64,000 nucleotides of DNA from Candidatus Marinacidobacterales bacterium (lineage in GTDB: Bacteria > Acidobacteriota > Vicinamibacteria > Marinacidobacterales > SMYC01), in assembly GCA_965237955.1 (NCBI GenBank), contig OZ250169.1, positions 4,096,001-4,160,000 of the forward strand, given 5' to 3'. Below the pieces are notes generated by a model. That model was given only the letters and a program-made list of their open reading frames with translations. It was not told the origin of the DNA and did no database searches. Every line of letters begins with the position of its first letter. The first letter of the stretch is position 1. This document shows positions 50,465 through 61,182 of this stretch, in pieces. The position numbers and the translations under genes were made by a program.

Positions 50465-51984
50465 GCCGGGATACTGACGTCGGCGTGCGAGAAAGATCAA
50501 TAGCGACGCGCGCGGAGGAATAAATAGAAGGGACAGGATGCTCGATGAGCTGGTGCAAGGTCAGAAATAGTAGGAGGATTTTCAAGAATGAGAAAACTAC
50601 TTTTACTCTTTGGATTAACATTATTGATTTCTTGTGTGGGAGCCAAAGTTCAAGATCAGAATACTAGTTCAGAGGCTATAACTGAGGGAACTCAAACAAC
50701 TTCAGAAAGCTCGGCGAATGAAGATACGGTGGCAGACACTTGGGGACAAATTATAGAGGCTTCACCAGAGACATTCTTTGCAGCAGACTTGTCTGATGAT
50801 GTGCGTAACGGTTTAACCAATACATTGCTTGTAGCAACTGCTGAATGGGGAAACTACGGCCCGCTGGAGTATTGGGTGCTGGGGACAGATCTAAAGGCCG
50901 CCCAGGAGCTTACTGAACTCTTCTGCGAACGTCGCTCACAGCTTGGGCAGTGGGAAAAATCTGAATGTTTAAGTCGTCACAGGGACAAGCATGACTTTGA
51001 GTCCTATCGGAAGATAGGCGCTGATGCCATTGCACGTAAGAGGGCGAGTGGGTCCATGGGCTGGAATGGTAATCGAGAATGGGGTATTCATTTTTATACT
51101 TCTTCGTATCCTCTCGGCTTTGATAGACTTTTTGATTCAAGTCCAGGAGGGGAGCAAAAAGGCGTATTTCATGAGTACTTTCACGCAGTACAGCAAGCTC
51201 ACATTTTTGCTCAAGATAATGATGAAAGGAAAGCACTCTCGGGACTCGTATGGTTTATAGAAGGTGGAGCTGACTACATGGCGCAAACTGCTACCAGAAA
51301 GTTGTGGGCTTCAGGTAAGTTGACCACGATCGACAATAGTAGTTTAAGCTCCCTCGAACAGACCTTTGAAAACAAAATGAAGAAGGGTAAGAAGACGATC
51401 GAAAAGAACTGCCCTGGGGTTAAGTTACATGAACTTACTTACGGGAATGATTGTGAGGGTGCGGCCTATGATTTGGGTGCCTGGGCAGTTGGTTATCTGC
51501 TAAACAAGGTAGGCCAAACAGCGCTACTAGACACCTTTTATCCTAGTCTCAACGAACTTGGGTGGGAAGGTGCGTATTCCAGCCATCGTGAACGCCGAAT
51601 CCAGGGCAAGCTAAACAGCGAATCCGGTGAAGCCGAACGCTCATCGAAGCGATGAAGTGTTGGGTGACCTCCTTTCCACTGATTGAAAACGTGAACCTAT
51701 CTTACCTGCGTGTTGTGTAGCAAGGGGCGGCAGGTCGGTGCCGGAGGGAGCGGGCGTAAGGAAAGACGCGAAGCGACCTTCCCGCTCCCGTAGGCAGCGA
51801 CCTGCCGCGGCCGAACCCCGGGCGATGTGGGGCTGGTTTCGGGGGGTTGCTGGGGTATGGCCTGGCTCGAGAAGACGCTTCCTGAGGCATTCTCGCGCGT
51901 CGTTTTGGCGCCGCATCGTCTGGTACCCCGGGTTTGGCGGTTTCACCCGTTTTTATCGCATCGACGCTGTGGTCCCTCGCTCGC

Positions 51985-52743
51985 TCATGCATCGGCGTTG
52001 TCAAATGCCTTTGGCGCAGCCTTGGTCTTTCTCAGAGAAGCTCCTTTGAGAGTGATGCGGTGCGCGCTGTGGAGAATGCGATCGCAGATAGCGTCTGCCT
52101 GGTTTGGGTCGCCAATCGCTTCGTGCCACTGCTTGAGCGGAATCTGGGTCGCGATGAGTGTGGAGCCACGCTCGGCGCGGTCTTCGATGACCTCCATTAG
52201 ATCCCGTCTCTCCGATTCTTTCAGCGGGTGAAGCAGCCAATCATCGATAGCCAGTAAGTCCAGCTTGGCGAGTTTCGTCAAAAGCCGGGCGTAGGAACCA
52301 TCACCACGAGCGACCGCGAGCTCGTGGAGCAAGCGCGGTGCTCGCACGTAGCATCCGGTGAAGCCGCGACGACAGGCCCGCTCCACGAAGGCGCAAGCCA
52401 AGAACGATTTGCCAATCCCCGTCGGGCCGGTGATGAGCAGGTTATGGCGCTCACCGACAAAGCGGCAGTTGCCCAGGCTCAAGATCTGTTCGCGGTTTAA
52501 GCCTCGAGGCGCTTGGAAGTTCACGTTCTCCAAACATGCCGGATAGCGGAGCTTTGCCGCTCGCAGTCGTCGAGAAAGCTTACGCTGTTCGCGGGCGGTC
52601 CACTCGGCATCGACCAGGAGTCCCACACGTTCCTCGAAGCTCAGCTCCTTGTATTCGCTCGAGCTCAACTGGGTTTCGAACGCGGACACCAAGCCGAACA
52701 ACTTCATGGCGTTCATCTTTTCTATCGTTTCGGGTGTCAGCAT
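51985..52743 (-). CDS. istB: IS21 helper ATPase IstB
   Basis: GPTGIGKS, LAIDDW, ADAICDR. Confidence 0.9.
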   Translation of the reverse strand: MLTPETIEKMNAMKLFGLVSAFETQLSSSEYKELSFEERVGLLVDAEWTAREQRKLSRRLRAAKLRYPACLENVNFQAPRGLNREQILSLGNCRFVGERHNLLITGPTGIGKSFLACAFVERACRRGFTGCYVRAPRLLHELAVARGDGSYARLLTKLAKLDLLAIDDWLLHPLKESERRDLMEVIEDRAERGSTLIATQIPLKQWHEAIGDPNQADAICDRILHSAHRITLKGASLRKTKAAPKAFDNADA

Positions 52744-54294
52744 CGGGACTCTCCTCCTTCGTAGTGATCCGCGCCTCGGATGTTCTCGTGCTCCTCTCGC
52801 GGTTTCGCTTCGGCGTCCGATTCGAGCACCACACGATCCAGACCAGCCGAGAGAATGTTTTTCACCGTGCGATAGCTGTAAGAGCTCAAAGCTTCCGCTC
52901 GTGCGCAAGCGGCCTCGAGACGCTCACTGCCCCAGCGGCTGCCTAGTCGCATGACTCCCAGGCAAGAGCGAAATCCCTGCTCCGGGTGAGGCCGACTCTC
53001 TAGAATCCCCGCAACCAGCCTTCCCGTGGCGCGACCTGACTGCTCCGCCCAGTGGAGCAGCCGCGACGGCGTCCACTCCAGGTGCTCCCGATGCGAACGT
53101 GGCATATGCTCCGGGTTCGTGGAGTAGTGCCCCTTTCCTTTCTTGCGGGGATGCGACGCGACGCGCTTTCCCTTGAACAGGACCTCCACCACCGAGGCCG
53201 TCACCCGTGCCTCGACTTTCTCGTGAATGAGCTGATAGGGAACGCTGTACAAGTTGTTCTCCACCTCCACGTGGTAGTCGATGTTCACTCTGCACCGCTT
53301 CCACGTCGATAACTCGTAGCTCTCCTGCGGTAGCGGTTTCAGTACGGGCCGGTCTAGCCTTTCGTACAACTCCCGCCGACTCACACCGAGCTTCTGCATC
53401 GGACGCGCATTCAGGACCTCTAACTTCTCCCAGATGGCTTCGTTCAGTTCCGCCAGGCTGAAGAACGTGCGATGACGAAGCACCGCCAGGATCCAGCGCT
53501 GCGCCACCTGCACTGCCGACTCCACCTTCGCTTTGTCTTTCGGCTTGAACACCCGAGCCGGGACCACAACCGCACCGTAATGCGTCGCCAGCTCTTCGTA
53601 CGTCCGGTTGATCCCTGGCTCGTAACGGTCCACCAAATCCACGCCGCTCTTCAAGTTGTCCGGAACCCAGATCTCCGTACTGCCACCGAAGTAATCCGAC
53701 ATCCCCTTATGGGCCTTCGCCCACGATTCCAGCGACTGGTTCAGTATCGCTTCGACGTAGGTGTAACTGCTCGCGCCCAACGTCCCGACGAACAGCTCCA
53801 TTTCGACGAGCTCTCCCGTTTTCGGATCGACGATGTGAGGCTTCTTCCCCGAAAAATAGACGAATGTCTTCTCGCCTGCTCGATGCCGTTGACGCATCGT
53901 CGGGTTCAGCTTCTTCTTCCACTGACCGTACAGCTCGCAATAACGGCTGTAGCCGTACGCTCCCGGCTTATTCTCCGCGTACTCCACCCACAGCTGCAGC
54001 AACGTCAGCTCTCGGTGACGCCTCAGCTCCTCGTGGATGTGGGCATAGTCCAGACCCGGCCGTGCGCCAGACGAGCCCGGCGGCGGAAACAGCCCTGCCT
54101 CCAGCTCCCCGTCGCTCAGCTCCTCCGGGAGCGGCCAGCTCAGACCACCCTTCTTCGCCTTGGCCAGGTAACTCACTCACCGTTCCAACCGCCACGCGAA
54201 GTGCCTTTGCGATCATGCGGTGAGTAAAACCCAGCTCGTACTTTAACCTTAGAACCTCTCGTATTTTTCTCATCGATAACCTCTTAGCTGCCAT
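52737..54294 (-). pseudogene. istA: IS21 transposase IstA, frameshift near 54175
   Basis: MRKIREVLRL, LGASSYTY, PDNLKS, KDKAKVE; FVYFSG in place of the usual FVDY/FSG. Confidence 0.85.
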
Positions 54295-54355
54295 TTCCTA
54301 GATCGTCCTCCTTCCGGGTACGACCTAGAGTTGCCTTGAAACGTGCTATCGATGA

Positions 54356-54514
54356 GCGTTCGCGATGCCGGAACCGGCGTTCACGTTGCCTGGAATCCGT
54401 GTTCACCTTCCCCGGAATCGATGTTCACGATCCCCGGAATCCGTGTTCACGATGCTTTGGAATGGATGTTCACCTTCGGCTGGAATCTGCGTTCACGATG
54501 CCCCGGAATACGCA
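54356..54514. repeat. About seven 21-23 bp imperfect tandem repeats (IS21 transposase-binding sites)
   Basis: Recurring GTTCACGAT.CC..GGAAT units up to the IS terminus. Confidence 0.8.
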
Positions 54515-54760
54515 GGAAGGAGCGTTCCAAAAAACCTTTGGGATGTCATCGGAGGATTTCTCCGCCGAATTTAACCTCTTCTTGGAAAAACCTCTTGCCG
54601 ATCAATTGGCCATACTTCCCAAATATGATTAGAAAAGAAGCAAAAGAGGGTGTCCCTCGTCAAAACTCGTCCACTCCTGAAATCAAACACTTACGAGCAC
54701 CCACCTAGGAGCTCACTCCCGCTTGAGATCCCGCCCCGGGAAGGGGCAAACTCCGCCGCT

Positions 54761-55359
54761 ATGCTCCGCGTCGTCGTCTTCCTCATCTCATTAGCTACGC
54801 AGCGATCCGGGCGATGTGTCGGCGCCGAGCCGACCTCGTGCTCGAGAATCTGACTCTACGACAGCAAGCTACGGCGCTCAAGAAAGAGCGCCCCCGGCGA
54901 CACATCGTTCACTTCAACGCCACGTTCCATCCGACGTCGGCCTGGCTGATGCAGCAGCTCCGCGAGGCGTTCCCCTACGACACCGCGCCTAGGTATCTCA
55001 TCTTCGACCGTGACTCCATCTTCAGCCCGGCCGTCGTCCATTTCGTCAGGACGCTCGGCATCGTTCCCATTCGTGCCTCGTATCGGAGCCCGTGGCAGAA
55101 CGGTACCGCCGAGCGCCGGATTCTGAGTTGTCGTCGAGAGTTGCTCGAGCACGTCGTGGTCTTCGGCGAGCGGCATTTCGTGCGTCTTGTACGTCTGTAC
55201 ATCGCTTACTACGACGAAGACCGTTGCCACTTGGGACTGGACAAAGACACACCGAACGAGAGGCCGATCACGCCTCGACCGTCGCCCGCCGCGAAGGTTG
55301 TAGCGCTACCGAAGGTAGGCGGGCTGCACCATCGCTACGAATGGCGGGAAGCTGCGTAG
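54761..55359 (+). pseudogene. rve integrase with internal deletion
   Basis: LENLTLRQQ...ERPR joined directly to RHIVHFN; FDRDSIF; SPWQNG; GGLHHRY. Confidence 0.75.
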
Positions 55360-55603
55360 CGCATTCGCTCCCCGGACCCCGCGTCACCGGAGAGTTCGCG
55401 CGCCCCCCGCGCAAACGCTGTGCGCGTAATGAATCTGACTACTCTTGAGCCCAATCGACGCGGCAGGACGAGCAGAACGGCCCTTCATGAGGCGCGGATC
55501 TATTGAGACGATGGACAGGTTCACCGCCTCCGTCAACAGGTGCAGGCCCAAATCGCGCTCGCCCGGATCTCGATTTACGGATGATCTTTTCTGGGATCAC
55601 CCA

Positions 55604-58486
55604 TCACTGGACTCTTGGTCGTATCGCCGCCTTTACCGCCTTTATCTCAACGACTGTGGTTTCCAGGCCCGAAGACTCTGCGGTCAGCTTGATCAAGCCC
55701 GGCCGTTTCGACGCCTGGATGATGACCATGGCCAGGCCGTTGAAGGCGCTGCGCTTCTCCGCCTTGTCCGGCTCGTGGCTCGAGGGGTTCCCGTTTCCCA
55801 CACCGATGATCTCCCCGGTGCCGTCTAGACTGAATTGCACCTCGTTCCCGGCGGTCGGCACCATCCGACCCTGCGCGTCGAGGATGGAAACCTTCACCAG
55901 GGAAACGTCTTCCCCGTCCGCATTGATACTCGAGCGATCGGGCTCGAGCGCTATGCCGGCCGGCTCCTCCGTCGTCTCTCGCCTGGTCTCGGCGACGACC
56001 TCTCCGTCCCGGTAGCACTTGGCTTCCAGGACTCCCGGCTCCCACTCGACCTTCCACGACAGGCTCGAGTACGGCTGCACGTCTTGGCGTCCCTGGCTCT
56101 CGCCGTTGAGAAACAGCTCGACGCTCTTGCAGTTGGTGTAGGACCGGACGTCGATCGTCCTGTCGCTCTCATCTCTGTCGGCCCAGTTCCAGTGAGGGAA
56201 TAGGTGAAGGACGGTCTCGCTGCTCCAGACCGACTTGTAGTAGTAATAGGCATCCTTGGGGAAACCGCAGGTGTCCATGAAGCCGAATTGTGAGTTGATC
56301 CCTGGCCAGTCGACAGGATGCGGCTCGCCGCGATGGTCGAAGCCAAAGTTGACGAATCCGCCAGCCACGTAATCAGACTCGGCTATCCTGCGCCAGCTCC
56401 GCTCGCCCGTTCTGTAAACGCTGAGATGGGCCTTCTCTCTGTTCTCGTCATATACCCCGCGCGTCGTCAAGCCGTGACCCATCTCCTGGGCCACCATCGG
56501 ACGCTCCGGATTTTTAGCATGGTAACTGTCATAACCCGGGTTAAAACCCCTGCTATCAATTACATCTGACAAGTTTAGGAGATCTTCAAATAAATCAATC
56601 TCATCAGGCGTGCGCGCTCCTCCCATGCTCCCCACGCCCGAGATGATGGGTCGGGAGGGATCCAGCCGCTTGACCACGTCAGACATCGCCTGTGTTTGTT
56701 TCTTTGCTTCCTCGTAGCCCTGCTTCAACCCCTCGTTTTTCAAGGACCAGATGATGACGCTGGGGTGGTTCCTATCGCGCCTCACCAAGCTTTCCACTTC
56801 GGCGAGCACTTCCTCTGAATCACCCATGTGGCGGTTCTCGTCCATCACCAGTATCCCCAGGCGGTCGCACGCGTCCAGTATCGCCTCGGTATGCTGGTTG
56901 TGCATCGTGCGGTAGCCGTTGCTGCCCATCTCCTTGAGCTTCTCTATTTTGTAAGCGTTGATCCTGTCTGGGAGCGCGACCCCCACTCCCGCGAAGTCAT
57001 GGTGGCTGTTGGATCCGTTTATCTTCACATGTTTACCGTTGAGGAAGAACCCATTCCCATCAAAGCGAAAATACCGCGCCCCAAATGTCGTTTCATATTG
57101 ATCGGTCACACGCTCACCGCTTTGTACCGTAGTCTCCACCTTATATAAGTATGGATTCTCTAAGGACCACAGAGTCAGATCTTGTATCGTAACGTCCTGG
57201 CTGAATTCGAACTCCTGGCCCGCCGAGATACTCTCCACCGCTTCAGATGTCGCGACCGTATTCCCCTCCATGTCGACAATAGCGCTGGTGAGAGTGGACT
57301 CAATCGCTTCCGCGCCATCATTGACGACGGTCGTCCTGATGTTGACTGCTGCCAAATCATCTGTGATATCCGGCGTAGTGACATAAGTTCCCCAATGTCC
57401 GACGTGCAGGGGATCGAGCTTCGTCAACCAGACGTGTCTATAGATGCCACCGCCTTCGTACCACCAGCCCTCATCCCAGTCAGCGTCGGCGCGCACTGTC
57501 ACTACATTCTTCCCGCCGAAGTTCGCCGCCTCGGTGATGTCGTAATAGAAACCGGTGTAGCCGCTCCAGTCGTGGCCGAGCCAGTGACCGTTTATCCAGA
57601 CGTTGCTGTTCCTGTAGACCCCGTCGAACTCCAGCCATATCCGCTTGCCCTTGTCCGCAGCCGGGAGCTTAAAGGCACGGCGGTACCAGCCGACGCCCTT
57701 GGGCTTGTAACCATGGTCCCTGTCGTACCAGAGCTCGCCTTCCCTTTTACCCTGGGGCTTGTCCGCCCCCTTGGGGTCGAACTCGCCCCCCACCACGAAG
57801 TCGTGGGGAACGCGGACCTCTTCCCAGCCGCTGTCGTCGAAGTCGACCGACGCCGTCTTCACCGACCGCATCTTCTGGTCGTCTTCCCACAGGGCCGGCC
57901 GGTTATACAGGACCGTGCCATCAATGCCTCCGCTGCCCTCGGTGTTGTGCACCAGCACCGCCAACTCGTTCGGCCCGCCATCAGTCCAGGTGTAGTTCAG
58001 ATTGATCTCGAACGGGAAGTCCCCTCCCTCATGGTAGTAGGCTAGCTTCCCGTTAACGTAGACGGTCGCGTTGTCGTCCACGGATTGAAAATAGAGCCGA
58101 GGCCTTCCGGTCGGTCCGGGCGGCAAGTCTCCGAGCTCCGCACGGAACCAGGCAAGACCCTCCTTGCCCTCGAACACGTCGGTACCCGGCTCCGTCTCCC
58201 CCCAACCTGAGATATCGAGCCCAGGCGCCGCCATCTCTTCCGCCTCCTCTGCGCCCTGCTTGCTCTCCTTCCAGCGCCACTTCTCTATGATATTTCCCCG
58301 GGGCAAGGGAGTGAATCCCTCTATCCTTCCCCGGTAGAAACGCCAGCCTTCGTCCATGAGTAGTTTCTGTCTCGGATTCTTGTCCAGGTCATCTCCCAGC
58401 GCGCATGCGCTCGCTATTAAGGCTATGGAAATAAGACTCATGGAGAGAAATAGGTTCAAAACGACCTTTATGCTCATCTTTCTCAT
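55604..58486 (-). CDS. GH2 beta-galactosidase, exported
   Basis: LEFDGVY, WWYEGGGIYRHV, RDRNHPSVIIWSLKNE, GVGNGNP. Confidence 0.9.
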   Translation of the reverse strand: MRKMSIKVVLNLFLSMSLISIALIASACALGDDLDKNPRQKLLMDEGWRFYRGRIEGFTPLPRGNIIEKWRWKESKQGAEEAEEMAAPGLDISGWGETEPGTDVFEGKEGLAWFRAELGDLPPGPTGRPRLYFQSVDDNATVYVNGKLAYYHEGGDFPFEINLNYTWTDGGPNELAVLVHNTEGSGGIDGTVLYNRPALWEDDQKMRSVKTASVDFDDSGWEEVRVPHDFVVGGEFDPKGADKPQGKREGELWYDRDHGYKPKGVGWYRRAFKLPAADKGKRIWLEFDGVYRNSNVWINGHWLGHDWSGYTGFYYDITEAANFGGKNVVTVRADADWDEGWWYEGGGIYRHVWLTKLDPLHVGHWGTYVTTPDITDDLAAVNIRTTVVNDGAEAIESTLTSAIVDMEGNTVATSEAVESISAGQEFEFSQDVTIQDLTLWSLENPYLYKVETTVQSGERVTDQYETTFGARYFRFDGNGFFLNGKHVKINGSNSHHDFAGVGVALPDRINAYKIEKLKEMGSNGYRTMHNQHTEAILDACDRLGILVMDENRHMGDSEEVLAEVESLVRRDRNHPSVIIWSLKNEGLKQGYEEAKKQTQAMSDVVKRLDPSRPIISGVGSMGGARTPDEIDLFEDLLNLSDVIDSRGFNPGYDSYHAKNPERPMVAQEMGHGLTTRGVYDENREKAHLSVYRTGERSWRRIAESDYVAGGFVNFGFDHRGEPHPVDWPGINSQFGFMDTCGFPKDAYYYYKSVWSSETVLHLFPHWNWADRDESDRTIDVRSYTNCKSVELFLNGESQGRQDVQPYSSLSWKVEWEPGVLEAKCYRDGEVVAETRRETTEEPAGIALEPDRSSINADGEDVSLVKVSILDAQGRMVPTAGNEVQFSLDGTGEIIGVGNGNPSSHEPDKAEKRSAFNGLAMVIIQASKRPGLIKLTAESSGLETTVVEIKAVKAAIRPRVQ

Positions 58487-58508
58487 TTGTTAACTTCCCT
58501 TTAGATTT

Positions 58509-59113
58509 TTGGTGCTTCCGCAATTCGCCGGGTTCGCTGCCGAAGAGCTTCAAGCCGACGAGATTCGCACGTTCGCGGGCAACAAGAAGACTCCGAGTTG
58601 GGTCTTCGTTGCGATCGAGGTCTGGTCTCGGCTCTGGCCATCGACGGTGACGGGAAGGCGAAGCTACCGGAACACTCACGCTCTGTTTCGCGACCTTTCG
58701 AGGCGGATGAATTTCGGGCGTCTTCCCCTGATCGTCACGGATGGATTCGAATTCTACCAGAAGGTCATCCGTCGCTTCTTCGGGCCAGCGTGTCTCTACG
58801 GTCAGGTCCTCAAGACGCGCAGGAACGATCGTATCATCAAGGTCGAACGGAGTGCGCTGCACGGAGCCGCGTGGCGATTCGAAGACGCGCTCAATAACTC
58901 CGAGGACTCCTCGACATTGAACACGTCGTTCATCGAGCGGTTGAATCTGACCATCCGGCAAAGCTCGGCATACCTTTCGAGACGAACGCTTTCCCACGCT
59001 CGCTCGACGGAGAGGCTCGATGAGCACCTGGAGTTGCTCCGTTGCTATTACAACCGTCCGACCGCACGGAGCTCTGAAGTTCGGACGTGAGATCCGAACT
59101 CCGGCTATGCAGG
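58509..59113 (+). pseudogene. IS1-like transposase fragment
   Basis: ELQADEIRTF, VTDGFEFY, LNTSFIERLNLTIRQ, RTPAMQ; cut by IS5. Confidence 0.7.
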
Positions 59114-60200
59114 TGCCTTGGTGCACAACTCGCGATCTCGGTCCACAATTGTCCTTTACTCACGGATTCGAGATTCCCCATGAGCATTTTCAAACGCACT
59201 CAGCGGAAGTATGTGAAGAAGGCCTATCGCGTGAGGAATTGGCGTGAATATGAGGCGGGTCTACGCAACCGTGGGAGCCTGACCGTCTGGATCTCGCTCA
59301 CCGCCGGCAAGCTTGTGAACTGGGACGCGCCCTGGCCGAGGAGGAGGAAACCGGGCCGTCAACGCAAGTACTCGAACCACGCCATCGAGACGGCTGTCAC
59401 CCTGGGCATGGTGTTTCATCTGTCATCTAGGCAGAGCGAGGGATTGCTGCGATCGTTGTTCGCTCTGATGAAGCTAGACAATGATGTGCCCGATCACACC
59501 ACGATCTCGAGGCGCAAGGCGAAGCTGGGTAAGGTCCCCTTCTACCAAGACAAGCAGAAGACGCCGTTGCACATCTTGATCGACAGCAGCGGTCTCGCTG
59601 TCCACGCCGGCCAGCTGCGCAGAGCACCAAAGAGCAGGGACTATCGCAAGCTCCATCTGTGTGTCGACGAGCAGAGTGGCGAAGTCGTCGCCGGCGAGCT
59701 GACGAGCAAAAGAGCCCGCGATTCATCGCGGGTTGCATCGCTTGTCGGACAGATCGACAGTCCCATCTCATCGGCCAGAGCTGACACCGCATACGACGCC
59801 GGCGGCGTCTATGAGGCAATCGAGAATCACAGCGCTCATTGCTCGCCGAGGGTGCTGATACCGCCGCGCAAGGGCGCCCAGCTCGCATCGGGGCCGGCGA
59901 GCAGCCGACAGCGCAATCGCAACATTGCAGCACAAGCTCGGCTCGGCAAACGAAAGTGGCACACAGAATCGGGCTACAGCAAACGGAGCAAAGTCGAGAC
60001 AACGTTCCATCGCTACAAGGCTATCGTGGGCTCAGCGATGCGAGCGAGAGGGTTGGCGGCACAGAGAGTCGAGGCAAGGATCGGGTGCAAGATTCTCAAC
60101 ACGATGACGGCGCTCGGGATGCCTGATAGCGAGATGATCGGATGATGGGAGTCGGGGCCAAGCGAGCTCTCGGCCTCTATCGGAGTTGTGCACCAAGGCA
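59114..60200 (+). mobile_element. IS5 family element, copy 3 (transposase 59180-60145)
   Basis: Same IRs; inverted relative to copies 1 and 2. Confidence 0.92.
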
Positions 60201-60945
60201 ACGTGTCGCCCGCATCACGCGAGACGAAGATGCCGCTGCCTGGTCCACCGCTCTTGCGTTTCCAGGTGTTGATTAGGATTTGCCACATCCCCGCATACAG
60301 AATGCGGGGGTTGTTCGGGTCCATCTCGAGGCTCGACGCCCCAGTGTGTTCGTCGACGAACAGCACGTGCTCCCAGGATTCGCCGCCGTCCTTCGTTCGA
60401 TAGATGCCCCGCTCCGGCTGCGGCGCGTGGCCGTGACCGAGCGAGGCGACGTAGACGACGTCGGGGTTGGTCGGGTGGATGACAATGCGCGAGATGCGGC
60501 CCGTGGCATCGAGGCCCATGTGATGCCAGGTGGCGCCGCCGTCGGTCGACTTCCAGACCCCGTTGCCGATCGTCACGTTGGAGCGGATATGCGACTCGCC
60601 GGTGCCGGCCCAGACGATCTCCGAATCGAGCACAGACACCGACAGGGCGCCGATCGCCTGCACCGGATAGCCGTCGAAAATCGGCGCCCAGAACACTCCG
60701 CCGTCAACCGTCTTCCAGATGCCACCCGACGCGGCGCCCACGTAGTAGGTCATTGGATCGCCCGGAATACCCGCGACGGACGCGATGCGGTTGCCAACCG
60801 GTCCGATGTGCCGGTAATACAGCGCGTCGTACTGATCCGGCGAGATGCCCTGCGCCGCACTCGATTCGTTCACGCCGGAAACGATCGCGAGTACGGCAAG
60901 CAGCGCTCGCGAGTTGGTCGCCGTGCGTCTGAGCAATTCCGACAT
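60201..60945 (-). pseudogene. Third sortilin/VPS10-like protein, 3' truncated by IS5
   Basis: YRHIGPVGNR, GAASGGIWKT.DGG, STDGGATW. Confidence 0.82.
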
Positions 60946-61182
60946 GGTTGCTCCCCTCTGGTCAACGACCCAAAACGGCTCGAAGGAGATCAGAATCTAT
61001 AGGAGGGACGGGTTGTATACAACACGGACCACGCCGACTGTGACCTGTCTCTCATCATTATTAATACGGACGGGACACCGGTCGCAAAGGCCGCGTTCCG
61101 ATACGGTCGAGATGTAGTAGCTGATGTAAGACCGCACGAGTCGGGCGAGATGCCGCTCGCCGAGGGACTTCTTTTTCGATCA

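Larger units (their letters stand above)
51571..54514 (-). mobile_element. IS21 family element 2 with 6-bp TSD GGAAGG
   Basis: TGCGTATTCC / GGAATACGCA ends; GGAAGG on both sides; multiple subterminal repeats. Confidence 0.92.
50588..54632 (+). pseudogene. Low-GC lipoprotein with HEXXH motif, interrupted by IS21 (segments 50588-51570 and 54521-54632)
   Basis: LISC lipobox, HEYFH, WFIEGGA; joining the flanks gives GWEGAFQKTFG. Confidence 0.75.

Noticed and set aside
54356-54514. Regular repeats resembling a CRISPR array
   Set aside because: Units are contiguous and degenerate, lack unique spacers and run into the IS21 terminus; no cas genes are present
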